DNA of 64,000 nt from Fervidicoccaceae archaeon. GTDB taxonomy: Archaea; Thermoproteota; Thermoprotei_A; Sulfolobales; Fervidicoccaceae. Of the stretch, positions 51,034-60,559 are shown one piece after another (position 1 is the first letter of the stretch; each line of letters starts with the position of its first letter). Under the pieces are notes generated by a model. It worked only from the letters and a program-made list of their open reading frames with translations, was not told the origin of the DNA and did no database searches. The translations under genes and the position numbers were made by a program. The DNA lies in contig JAVYOA010000002.1 of the NCBI GenBank assembly GCA_038734945.1, positions 186,001 through 250,000 of the forward strand. The letters run 5' to 3'.

Positions 51034-51689
51034 GACTTTGCACCTCCATTCAAAATATTCTCCAAATATGCATGAGCACTGCATAGATCGCTGGAAATAT
51101 GTGTTGCATACCTCTCCAGTCCATTGGGGATGTTCCCCCTGTCTATGAGAATGAATATATCGGTCTCGAAGTGCATGCAGAGGTCTGGAAGGGAGTCACC
51201 TATACCTATGCTGGGCTCCCTTTTCATTTTTCTTGAAACCTCCCTCTTGCAAACGGGACATCTAATGCACCAGGGGGTTTCTATTATGTTGCTTCTGAGC
51301 AATACTCTTCCAGTTATCTTATTACTTTCATCGACATCCAGTATGGGGGCATGTATTTTAACTCTATTGAGAAAGCCCATATTTGATAGTATCGCCTCAG
51401 CCACCTGCCTGTATGATAGCGTAACAATATTTACCTCAAAGCCCCTCTTTATGAAAGATTCGATGATTTCCTTTGAGCAAGGGCTCATCCTCGTCTTTCT
51501 TGCTGCACTTAGCACATCATCCATTCTTCTTCCAGCTAGAATTGAAGCTATCTTTCTTGACTTCTCCTCTTCAGGTATAGGGAGCTTTAGAATCTCCAGA
51601 GTCCTTCCCATCAGACCTAGCTCCCTATCTATGACCTGTATGCTCCTCTCCTCAGTCAATGTCATGTCGAGATCGATGAACACGCTCAT
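51030..51689 (-). CDS. HAD-superfamily phosphatase (SerB/IB-like)
   Basis: DLDMT motif I, IVTLS motif II, GDSLPD motif IV. Confidence 0.88.
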   Translation of the reverse strand: MSVFIDLDMTLTEERSIQVIDRELGLMGRTLEILKLPIPEEEKSRKIASILAGRRMDDVLSAARKTRMSPCSKEIIESFIKRGFEVNIVTLSYRQVAEAILSNMGFLNRVKIHAPILDVDESNKITGRVLLRSNIIETPWCIRCPVCKREVSRKMKREPSIGIGDSLPDLCMHFETDIFILIDRGNIPNGLERYATHISSDLCSAHAYLENILNGGAKS

Positions 51690-51693
51690 TTTC

Positions 51694-52374
51694 CTATCCC
51701 CTCGCTCCTTTCAGAATATCCATGAGCTTCTTGAGAATCTCTCCGGATCTGCTCTTCTTGACAGCTATCTCCACAATGTCCCCCCTCACTATCTCTCTGA
51801 TATCCTTCTCTCTACCGTCGCTTAGGGAAAAAGCAGCTATGCTCTTCACACCATCCATCTTCGGGATCTTCTCAAATATTGAATCGATTAGGGAAATTGA
51901 GTTCACAGGTCTCAGTACTATGAAGTTCATGCTCATGCTTCTAGGGAGAACAAGCTCAGTTGGCCTATCGATTGAGAGAAGGGCTTTTACCTCATTCACA
52001 ACTGAATCGACTGGGCTGAGAACAAAATCTGATCCGCTGCTGTACAAAAGCTCAACATTCATAGGATTATTTGCAAGAGCTATAACGAGGGGGACTGAGT
52101 AGTGCTTTTTTGCCCTCTCAACAATGCTGGCATTTAGCGCATCAGAGTCGGTCAGCGAGAAGAGGGTATCCGCAATTCTTATTCCAGCATTTTCCAGTGT
52201 AAGGCTTTCAGTCAAAGGGCCGTGGACTGCTCTTCCAGAAACTAGCTTGCTCATCACCTCAGCAACCTCAGGTGAGCGCTCAACAGTGTAGATGATTCCG
52301 CTGGGGTCAGACTCTCTTATTGCCTTCAGAATGAACATAGAGAAGTGAGTGGATCCTATTACAATGTGCCTCAA
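51694..52374 (-). CDS. TrkA/RCK-N nucleotide-binding domain protein
   Basis: LENAGIRIADTLFSLTDSDALN, GSDFVLSP. Confidence 0.85.
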   Translation of the reverse strand: MRHIVIGSTHFSMFILKAIRESDPSGIIYTVERSPEVAEVMSKLVSGRAVHGPLTESLTLENAGIRIADTLFSLTDSDALNASIVERAKKHYSVPLVIALANNPMNVELLYSSGSDFVLSPVDSVVNEVKALLSIDRPTELVLPRSMSMNFIVLRPVNSISLIDSIFEKIPKMDGVKSIAAFSLSDGREKDIREIVRGDIVEIAVKKSRSGEILKKLMDILKGARG

Positions 52375-53108
52375 GGAATCTCAGCCTCCACAGCTTTCAT
52401 CTTCATCTCAGAAAGCATTCTCTCTTCTTCCATCCTCGACAGCTTTCCATCCTTCACAGCTCTTCTGAGTATTGTTTCAGCTACCTCATACGCCATTTCA
52501 GTTAGCATCGGAAGGGGCTTCATATCGTGATCCTTGTAGCCAAGATGCCTCTCAACAATCCTGAATCCGCTTCTGAATATATCTATTACTATTCCTATGT
52601 CAACACCCCAGCCAAGCTCCCAATCAACTGAGGAGAAGGCATCTCTAGTTCCCGCAATTTCTCCGCTGAGAGGCTGAGAGAGCTTTGCGAGCTCTGGATA
52701 GAACATCCTGAGAAGGGGCTTAGCTACAAGTTCTGTCACCCTACCTGATGCCCTCTCGAAGGTTCCCTTAACGAAGTCCGCCTCCCCCCTTCTGAGGGGA
52801 TCTATGAGCTTCTCAATGAATTCAACAGAGAGATTCTTGATGTCTGCATCAAGGAAAGCAATTATGTCTCCCTTCGAGAAGTAGAAGCCATCCCTCATGG
52901 CAACGCCCTTTCCAGGATATCTCAGAAGGCTCTGATAGACTACCCTAGCTCTATTTCTCCTAGCTATCTCTGGAGTGCCATCAGTGCTCATTCCATCTAC
53001 AACTATTACTTCTCTAACTCCCTGAACCTTTCTAGCTATCTTTATCGAGCGAGAAATGAACCTGGCTTCATCCTTAGCTGGAAAAACTATGGAGATGTCC
53101 ATCTTCAA
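52371..53108 (-). CDS. GT-A glycosyltransferase, glucosyl-3-phosphoglycerate synthase (GpgS)-like
   Basis: GKG, FLDAD, GRVTELVAKPLL, QPLSGE, WGVDIG, HDMKPL..L..MA. Confidence 0.85.
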   Translation of the reverse strand: MKMDISIVFPAKDEARFISRSIKIARKVQGVREVIVVDGMSTDGTPEIARRNRARVVYQSLLRYPGKGVAMRDGFYFSKGDIIAFLDADIKNLSVEFIEKLIDPLRRGEADFVKGTFERASGRVTELVAKPLLRMFYPELAKLSQPLSGEIAGTRDAFSSVDWELGWGVDIGIVIDIFRSGFRIVERHLGYKDHDMKPLPMLTEMAYEVAETILRRAVKDGKLSRMEEERMLSEMKMKAVEAEIP

Positions 53109-53186
53109 TCCTGAATATTCTGGATAGAAGAAGAAATTAAAAGTTTAGGAAAAAAAGTTATGATATAGTTTTATAAATTAATTCTT

Positions 53187-56100
53187 TTACTTTGAGGGGG
53201 CAGCTGTAGTTGCAAGAGATTTCTTGAGGGTGCTGTAGACAACGAACGTTATGGCTATTGCAACGAGCACTAATATCAGGGTTATTATGCTGACATACAG
53301 AGCATTGCTGGCATTGCTGGAGGCACTTGCTGCTGCTGATGAAGCGTTGGCTGCTGCGCTTGAAGCGCTCTGTGCTGCACTCACAGCACTATCGATCTTG
53401 GAGCTCAGAGCATTGACTGCAGAAGCTGCAGTGCTTGCTGAGTTCGCTGCGTTCTGTGCATTGGTTGCTGCGCTCTGTGCTGCGCTGACAGCTGTGTCGA
53501 TCTTTGAGCTCATGCTGCTAACCTGCGTTGATATAGTGCTTAGCTGGGATGCCAAGTTATTCACAGCAGTATTAATTGTTCCGACCTGCGTGCTTATCTG
53601 ATTGACTGTTGCTGCCATTGAGTTGAGGCTGTTCTGAAGTCCTGAAACAGCTGTTCCCACATTGCTTATAGCGCTATTTAGGCTCTGAACTGCTGAGTTG
53701 AGGTTATTCTGCAGCGTTGTGAGCTGAGATGAGACTGAGCTTATTGCGCTGCTGAGGCTGCTTGCTGCACTGTTAACTGCATTAGTTATGTTGCTCACTG
53801 CTGCATTGACATCCATCACAGTGGCAAGCTTTGTGAGGTTGTTGATTACATAGACGTAGCCTGGATCTGTTGAGTTTATAGTCGTTCCAAGGGCATAGGC
53901 GAAGGATATAGCATAGGCTCCTGGCTCAAGCACTGGGATATAGAGTCCCAGTGTGCTTGTGAATGGACTGACGAGCAGACCATTAGCATTAGCGCTCCAT
54001 CTCTCAACGTTTGTGGTTAGGGCCATCACTGCATCGGTTCCATTGAACAGCACTGACAGTATTGAGACTCCTGGAGTGAATCCTGTTCCTATCACTCTGA
54101 CTATTCCAGGTCCTACTAGGACTGGAGCAGCGTTTGTGTTGAGATCAAGCAGCAATAGCTTTGGAACAACATTCACTGGAGAGTTGTAGAATGCTGTTGT
54201 GTTGAAGAACTGCAGTGTTAGGGTTCCGAAGGATGCTCCAGTAGCTGTAATACTGTATGAACCCTGAGGAACGGTTGGAACCACGAAAGTGGCAGAAGCT
54301 GCACCTGTACTGTCAGCAGTTGCTGTTGCTATTGGTATTGAGCCGAAGTATATTGTAACTGTTTCACCTGGGTTAAGTCCGTTGAGGAACACGCTTATCT
54401 GATCTCCAACGTAGTCACATCCACCATTGTACACAGCACACTGATCGCAGAACTTCAAGCCTGTGTACTGCCCGCATGGACAGACTGTTAGCGTGGCATT
54501 GTTGTATCCAGCATAAGCATTTGGAACAGTCTTTGGCAATCCTGTGAGCGGGTTGACTATCTCAAAGTATCCTTTTGATCCAATTATGATGGCAGCTGAG
54601 TACTCATATCCCCATGCATCCCTTCCCCATATGTAGTGAGCTCCGAATGGTATGTTTGTGCTTGGAAGAGTTACCGTAAATGTTAAGTTGCCATCCTTTC
54701 CGAGCGTTACTGTTGCAAGTATTACTGTCCTATCAAGTGAAACTGTTAGTGTGTTCTTCCCGCTGTATCCCCATGCTGCTCCTGGACCGTATCCATATGC
54801 TGTAATTGTCAGTGTGCTTCCTGGAAGTGCCGATGTTGGAGTTACTATGAGAATTGGCCTCACTAGATAGTAGGTGTTGGGGAATGGAAGATATGTCATT
54901 CCTGTTGGTGTCATCGTGACGGTGAGCTGATCATTGTAGGTTGTTGCATTTAGAGGAACTGTTACGGATACGCTTATTGACCATGAGATGCCAGCATCTG
55001 TGAATGAGGGGATTGAGGCTGATGCTGCTCCATTGCTGAACGTCAGAGTGCCTGTAAAGGTCTTCACTGTACCAGTATCAGTGTTGTTATATGTTACTGT
55101 GTAGGTGCTGTTTGTTGGAACAAATGAAAATGCATCGAGCTCCATCTGTATGAGGTTGGTGTAGTTGTAGAATATTACCTGGTAGAGGAAAGTGCCTGTA
55201 GCTGAACCTGTTGCGTTAGTTATACCCGTACTCGTTACATTGAACAGTAGAGCAGACACATTGGCATTTATGCTACTATCCCAAGTTGTGTTTACTGCCT
55301 GGGAGAAGATCTGAACCGTTGGGGATGCTGAGAGGTTGTAGAGAGCAAACATTACTGCTGTAGCATTGTACAACATACCGGTTATTTCGTATGTATATCC
55401 TCCGCTCGTGAAGTCGATTTTCAGTGTCTCAGTCTTTGTGTAGGACTGCGCTGCCGTCTGCTTCTGATATGCCCAGCTACCTGCTATGTTGAAAGTTGCT
55501 GTGACAGTTGCGTGTGTTCCCACATCGTTGTATATGGTTGATGAGGATATCGTTAGAGTGTCAGTACCGAATTGAACGTTTGAATGTGAGGCCGTCTCGG
55601 TCTTAGATATTGGAGTCTCAACCACGTTAAGCGTGTATAGCCCTGCAGTCATGTTTGTTGGGAATACGTTATATAAGTTGCTAAATGTCCAGTATCCTGT
55701 GTTGTCAGTTTGTTTGGGAGAGCTCAGTGTTGTGAAGTCGAAGTAGTAGAAGACATTTGTGAAGTTGGTGTTTGTGAAGTTCACTCCTGCTATGTTTACA
55801 TTTGGATCAAAGCTGTATCCTGTGAGAGTTATGCTAGTTAGGTCAGAATCAATTCCGTTACCGTTGTTCGGAGTGATTAGTAGGACAGGAAGTATTGTAA
55901 TTGTCCCTGGTTTTGCATAATCGGTATAATTTAAACCAGCTACATTATAGAAAGTGACGCTATATGTTCCTCTTGGTATTCCAGTTGTTGAATTGAGGCC
56001 TGAGTTTGGACCTGAAAGAATCAACGTTGTAGTATTTGTACCATCAGTTTTAACGGTTAGAGGTGTGGAGAAGACATATTGCCATGTAGAGGGCCCTGTA

Positions 56101-56615
56101 AATAATAGACTGTAGATTATTGAAGAAGGGGTGGCTCCATATATGTTAACTGTAGCATTTATTGGATTTCCATTCTGATCAACAACAGCTGTCTGAATTG
56201 GTGTGATAACTATCTTTGGATACACTTTTAGGGATGTAGAAGTATTTGTGAAGGGTCCTGTTAGGAGTATGTAAACTGCTGGTGGACTTGTTAAATTAGG
56301 CAATGATAGGGGTAGGGTCAGAGTTATTGTGTAAGTTCCTGTTGTAGGGGCATTGAACGTCTGAGATGCCCACACGGTTTTCCCAGCAGTATCGTTAGCT
56401 AACTCAACTGTGTAGCCTCCAGCTAAATTGACTTGAATTGTTACTGTTATTGGCTCTCCAGGATATGCGTTTCCATCTGAAGCTGTTCCTGTAGCGCTTA
56501 CTATTGTCGCTCCTCCTGTTGTTTGTGCTGTAGCAGTAGGTATGGTTAATGCTCCCACCAACAGAATTGGTAGGAGTGCAAGTACTATTAGCTCAATTTT
56601 TTCCGTATATTTCAT
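53187..56615 (-). CDS. S-layer / cell-surface glycoprotein with coiled-coil stalk and C-terminal membrane anchor
   Basis: Signal peptide, Thr/Asn-rich beta-type body with many NxS/T sequons, Ala/Ser heptad stalk, C-terminal TM helix and basic tail. Confidence 0.88.
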   Translation of the reverse strand: MKYTEKIELIVLALLPILLVGALTIPTATAQTTGGATIVSATGTASDGNAYPGEPITVTIQVNLAGGYTVELANDTAGKTVWASQTFNAPTTGTYTITLTLPLSLPNLTSPPAVYILLTGPFTNTSTSLKVYPKIVITPIQTAVVDQNGNPINATVNIYGATPSSIIYSLLFTGPSTWQYVFSTPLTVKTDGTNTTTLILSGPNSGLNSTTGIPRGTYSVTFYNVAGLNYTDYAKPGTITILPVLLITPNNGNGIDSDLTSITLTGYSFDPNVNIAGVNFTNTNFTNVFYYFDFTTLSSPKQTDNTGYWTFSNLYNVFPTNMTAGLYTLNVVETPISKTETASHSNVQFGTDTLTISSSTIYNDVGTHATVTATFNIAGSWAYQKQTAAQSYTKTETLKIDFTSGGYTYEITGMLYNATAVMFALYNLSASPTVQIFSQAVNTTWDSSINANVSALLFNVTSTGITNATGSATGTFLYQVIFYNYTNLIQMELDAFSFVPTNSTYTVTYNNTDTGTVKTFTGTLTFSNGAASASIPSFTDAGISWSISVSVTVPLNATTYNDQLTVTMTPTGMTYLPFPNTYYLVRPILIVTPTSALPGSTLTITAYGYGPGAAWGYSGKNTLTVSLDRTVILATVTLGKDGNLTFTVTLPSTNIPFGAHYIWGRDAWGYEYSAAIIIGSKGYFEIVNPLTGLPKTVPNAYAGYNNATLTVCPCGQYTGLKFCDQCAVYNGGCDYVGDQISVFLNGLNPGETVTIYFGSIPIATATADSTGAASATFVVPTVPQGSYSITATGASFGTLTLQFFNTTAFYNSPVNVVPKLLLLDLNTNAAPVLVGPGIVRVIGTGFTPGVSILSVLFNGTDAVMALTTNVERWSANANGLLVSPFTSTLGLYIPVLEPGAYAISFAYALGTTINSTDPGYVYVINNLTKLATVMDVNAAVSNITNAVNSAASSLSSAISSVSSQLTTLQNNLNSAVQSLNSAISNVGTAVSGLQNSLNSMAATVNQISTQVGTINTAVNNLASQLSTISTQVSSMSSKIDTAVSAAQSAATNAQNAANSASTAASAVNALSSKIDSAVSAAQSASSAAANASSAAASASSNASNALYVSIITLILVLVAIAITFVVYSTLKKSLATTAAPSK
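53365..53513 (-). repeat. 105-bp-period tandem duplication in the S-layer stalk
   Basis: GCGCTCTGTGCTGC...CGATCTT.GAGCTCA at 53365 and 53470; SSKID(T/S)AVSAAQSA twice, 35 aa apart. Confidence 0.8.
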
Positions 56616-56713
56616 GACACGGATTTACCTCCGTCGTTTTCAAATAATAGTTGAGAAGGGTATTTAAGAAGTGTGTGTTTTTTTGTATACAAAAAGGAAA
56701 TAGCAAAGAAAAA

Positions 56714-57600
56714 ATGCTTTCAATTGAGAAAATAGCATTTTGTCCCCTAGCCTCTGTGTGCCTAGAGAGAAGCCTAGGAGGCAACAAAGTTTATTTGAGG
56801 ACTTGGTCCTACTCCTGAATGTACAGCTAACTGGAGAACAATCGTCATGACTTCGGTGAGAATGCCTCTTTTGAGCTAGAAAAAATAATCGTGCAGGTTG
56901 AGAAAAAGATCAACGAAGCTCTATCGAGTAATGAGAAGATCGAATATCTATCATTCGTTTCAGATGGAGAGCCTATACGCAATAATAATCTTGGAAAGTT
57001 TTTCTGAAAAGCTTTGGGATCCCAATAGCATTCTATTGAATTCTTTCTTCGTCTGAAAAAGATGGAAAAGGATGATGAGAAGAGCAGTTCTTGTTTCTCT
57101 CGTAATAGATGCAATTAGAGAAGAGTTTTAAGAAGAATAAGTAGACCGCACAGAGATCTAAGCCTGAATGCCATACTAAAAAGGATATAACAGGATCCTT
57201 CTCACTGAAACAATGCTGATAGAATGGAATTGAGCATAAAATGGGTTTGAGAGAATATTAGAGCTCCTCAGCAATCTGAGAAGTCATTATGGTGCCCACA
57301 TAGCTGTTCCTACGAGACATTATGGAGAAAGGTGGTTATGGCTCAAAAGGAGAAATTGAGAAATAAACATATCAATCTCTCGTAGAAGATGGGAAGAGGG
57401 GATCTAGCTTCAAATAGGCTATAATAGAATGTTTTTGATTGTTGATGAGAAGAATATGTTCTGAACATAGTATCGTTTCATCTAATGAGGAAAGAAGCTT
57501 TGGTGGAGTCCTAAAAAAGGTAAATGCTGAGTGGAGTTGTTGAAGATCTCCTGACAAAGAGAGAATGTGGAAACGAATATTTTGGGAAAGAAATAATGCT
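56714..57600 (+). pseudogene. Degraded radical SAM (COG0731-like Fe-S oxidoreductase) gene
   Basis: Fragments across frames: IAFCPLAS..LERSLG, TWSYS*MYS*L (ruined CxxxCxxC), KIEYLSFVSDGEP, ISRPHRDL, LTETML, AHIAVPTR; 3' end approximate. Confidence 0.8.
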
Positions 57601-57715
57601 TGGAAGAATATCGAAAGCCAATTCTAACCTACAAATCTTTAAAACTTATTATAAAATATCTTCAAAATAAAGTTTTTAGTCTAATGCTGTGTAAAGTATC
57701 AAGAAGCTGGTTGTC

Positions 57716-58297
57716 ATGTCAGATAGGGAGAGGAAGAGAAGATTTCTCGCTATCTCCGAGGATGTTATAGTGGAAGCAATGAACGTTGGAGAGAGAGTTG
57801 GAATTCCGTTCACCGCACTTATAGAGAACATATTGAGCGATGTTCTGAGAATAATGAAGTACAAGCCAGAGATATCAAGCGCAATAGCATATGCAGATTC
57901 GATGGACGATATTCTCAGACTCGGAGGTGTCGTCCTACCTTGGGAAGTGGTTAAAAAGGTCATAGAGAACATGAGCGAAGAGGAAAGGAAGGAGATGATG
58001 GATGAGCTCTACAGAATGTCCTCCTGGTACGCAGAGCTTGCCAAGGTCAAAAGGGGTTCCTCCCTCCTCGAGCTCAAGAACACAATATCGATATGGATCC
58101 CCTCGGCTAATCTGGACATAGCAGAGGAGGACGGAAGCTACAAAATAATTGTTTCATTTAGAGACTCGCAGTCCTCGCTTCTGGACTTCGCTGAGAGAAT
58201 AGTTGAGGGACTTCTAAAGGGCTATGGTCTCAAGATGATTGGGAAGGAAAGAAAGTCATCTCTTCTAGTATTCAAGGTGACTGGTTTCTATGAGTAG
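57716..58297 (+). CDS. Hypothetical protein, RHH-like N-terminus plus V4R-like domain
   Basis: RRFLAISEDV N-terminal strand-helix pattern; overlaps the next gene. Confidence 0.7.
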   Translation: MSDRERKRRFLAISEDVIVEAMNVGERVGIPFTALIENILSDVLRIMKYKPEISSAIAYADSMDDILRLGGVVLPWEVVKKVIENMSEEERKEMMDELYRMSSWYAELAKVKRGSSLLELKNTISIWIPSANLDIAEEDGSYKIIVSFRDSQSSLLDFAERIVEGLLKGYGLKMIGKERKSSLLVFKVTGFYE

Positions 58298-58790
58298 AAG
58301 CAGAAGAACTGTAGCTGTGGAGAAGGAGCTCGTTGAGGAGCTCTCCAGGTATGCAAGGGAGAGGGGGATGAGCCTGGCTAATTACATAAGATCAATATTT
58401 TCCTCAGCAATTCATGCTGAGAGGGTTGGCTTCTATCCTCCCAATCTTGTTAAAGAGGCCCTTGGATATGAAATGCTCAGGAGGCTCGGCTTCATATTGG
58501 TACCCCCCTCTCTGCTTGAAGGTAGATCAATCGATGAGCTAGATGGGTTTGGTTCCAGTGTTGGAAGGGCCCTGCTCGAGCTGACTCCTGAGGCGAAGGA
58601 CATATTTGAGAGCTATGCCCTCAGCTTGAAAATTGCTTTTCCAAAGGGGAACTCAATTCTCCTACCTCCATTGAAGGGATCAGCAGCAAGGCTCAGAGCT
58701 CTGCTGATTGGAATGGCGAAGGGACTGGGATTCAGGGTAGAGGAGGATGGGGAGATCGCTGTCATATATCTTGATGGCTCTTCTCGCTGA
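58290..58790 (+). CDS. Ribbon-helix-helix domain protein with C-terminal ligand-binding-like domain
   Basis: RRTVAVEKELVEELSRYARERGMSLANYIRSI. Confidence 0.75.
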   Translation: MSRSRRTVAVEKELVEELSRYARERGMSLANYIRSIFSSAIHAERVGFYPPNLVKEALGYEMLRRLGFILVPPSLLEGRSIDELDGFGSSVGRALLELTPEAKDIFESYALSLKIAFPKGNSILLPPLKGSAARLRALLIGMAKGLGFRVEEDGEIAVIYLDGSSR

Positions 58791-59790
58791 TGATGCTCAG
58801 TGCCTCTGATGCTGTAACAATTTCAGCTCCATATAGGGACTTCATCATCTGGAGGCCTCTGCTCTGCCCCTCCTCGCTTATTGCCTCCACCAGCTCTCTT
58901 GGAACAATGATCCTGTAGCCTCTGTAGAAGGCATCAGCAGCAGTGTGCAATACGCATATATCGGTGCTTATTCCAGTGAGGATCAGAGAATCGACTCCTA
59001 GCTCCCTCAGCAGAAGATCGAGATCTGTCATGAAGAATGCGCTGTACCTCCTCTTGTAGACAATGAAGTCCCCATTTTTTGGTTTAAGCTGATCAACTAT
59101 CTCTGCCCCCTCGCTTCCCCTCATAGCATGCTCTCCCCATACTATCAGCTCACGATCGATGCTTGGAATGTGGGAGTCCACGGCATATATTATGGGGACT
59201 CCAAGGCTCCTGGCATTTTCCAAGAACTGGGCTAGGGGATCCACTATCTTGAGAGCCCTTTGGCTTCCGAGCTTTCCTGTGACGAAGTCCTTCAGCATGT
59301 CGATGACAAGAACAGCTGTCCTCCCCTTCCGCTTCTCCTCATACAGCGATACTTTCTCTATGTTTCTTTTTTCCCCTTCCTCTGGCTCCCCCACCGATGT
59401 CCATGCCTTCAGTATTTCCCTCGCAAGTATATCTGTTACAAGCCTTCCACTCATCGCGAGAACATTAGCATCATTCCAGAGCCTGGCTCCTCTGGCTGTT
59501 TCCGGGTCATTGCAGAGGGCAGCTCTTACCCCCCTCACTTTATTTGCCATTATGGATACTCCTGTTCCCGTATAGCATATAACTACTCCCCAATCAACCC
59601 TTCCTGAGGATACTAGCTCTCCAACCTCCCTTCCAACATCGGGCCATGGCTCCCCCCTGCCTGTTTTGAGGGAACCTACTTCAACTACATCGAAGCCATT
59701 TGATCTGAGAAAATCAACTGCAGCTCTGGCTGCAGCATAGAGATCATCGGATCCAACAGCAACTCTTCTTCCAAGGGGCAATTTGCGCAC
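58762..59790 (-). CDS. Fusion of RpiB/LacA/LacB sugar-phosphate isomerase and isochorismatase/nicotinamidase-family cysteine hydrolase
   Basis: N-half: GSDD, ICYTGTGVSIMANKVRGVRAA, NDANVL; C-half: VIDMLKDF, DSH, WGEH, KRRYSAF, GISTDICV. Confidence 0.92.
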   Translation of the reverse strand: MRKLPLGRRVAVGSDDLYAAARAAVDFLRSNGFDVVEVGSLKTGRGEPWPDVGREVGELVSSGRVDWGVVICYTGTGVSIMANKVRGVRAALCNDPETARGARLWNDANVLAMSGRLVTDILAREILKAWTSVGEPEEGEKRNIEKVSLYEEKRKGRTAVLVIDMLKDFVTGKLGSQRALKIVDPLAQFLENARSLGVPIIYAVDSHIPSIDRELIVWGEHAMRGSEGAEIVDQLKPKNGDFIVYKRRYSAFFMTDLDLLLRELGVDSLILTGISTDICVLHTAADAFYRGYRIIVPRELVEAISEEGQSRGLQMMKSLYGAEIVTASEALSIISEKSHQDI

Positions 59791-59791
59791 C

Positions 59792-60529
59792 TCAATCGGC
59801 GGGAATGCTCAATCCTCCATCCATTATCAAATTTGATCCGGTGAATCTTGGAGATGATTTGCTCAGCAGAAAGGCAACAGCCTCTCCAACATCCCATGAG
59901 GGTCTTGGCTCAGCAGATCCCAGCTTGATCTCCAGATCCTCTGGTGATGAGGGATCATGCGATGTTGGTCCTGGGGAAACGCTGTTTACCCTAACGCCAT
60001 ATTTCAACATCTCCTTGGCCAGCCTCTTCACCAGCCACAGCTGCGCACCCTTGGTAGCTGCATAAGCTGCGTTTCCCGCAACTATTGTGGAGGGGGAAGC
60101 TGCTATAACAACTATGCTCCCCTTTCTTTCCCTGAGATCCTTCAGCAGCTCCTTAACCGAGATGAATAGTCCCCTGATGTGAAGGAAATACGCCTTGTCC
60201 AGCGTATTTAATTCAAGGCTATCCAGCTCCTCGAGAGAGAAAAAACCTCCCGCATTGTAGACGAGAGCATCTATTCCAAGTAGAGCATTCCTAGCCTCCC
60301 TAAGTGAACTGACAAGGGATCTCTCATCCATAGCATCTGTTCCAATGGCTATGCACTTCACCTTCAATTCCTCTGCCTCCCTGCAAATTTCGTTTAGTCT
60401 ATCCATGCTTCTTGAGAGGAGAGCCAGATTCCAGCCTCTTGAGGCGAGGGAAAGAGCTATTGACCTTCCCATTCCAGTTCCCACGCCTATTATTACTGCA
60501 TTTCCTCTTCTTTCCATGCACCACACCAC
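59792..60529 (-). CDS. Short-chain dehydrogenase/reductase
   Basis: GVGTGMG, NAG, YAATK, VNSVSPG, MDGG. Confidence 0.93.
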   Translation of the reverse strand: MVWCMERRGNAVIIGVGTGMGRSIALSLASRGWNLALLSRSMDRLNEICREAEELKVKCIAIGTDAMDERSLVSSLREARNALLGIDALVYNAGGFFSLEELDSLELNTLDKAYFLHIRGLFISVKELLKDLRERKGSIVVIAASPSTIVAGNAAYAATKGAQLWLVKRLAKEMLKYGVRVNSVSPGPTSHDPSSPEDLEIKLGSAEPRPSWDVGEAVAFLLSKSSPRFTGSNLIMDGGLSIPAD

Positions 60530-60559
60530 CTCTTCATTTTGCTGATATGCTATTTCTAT

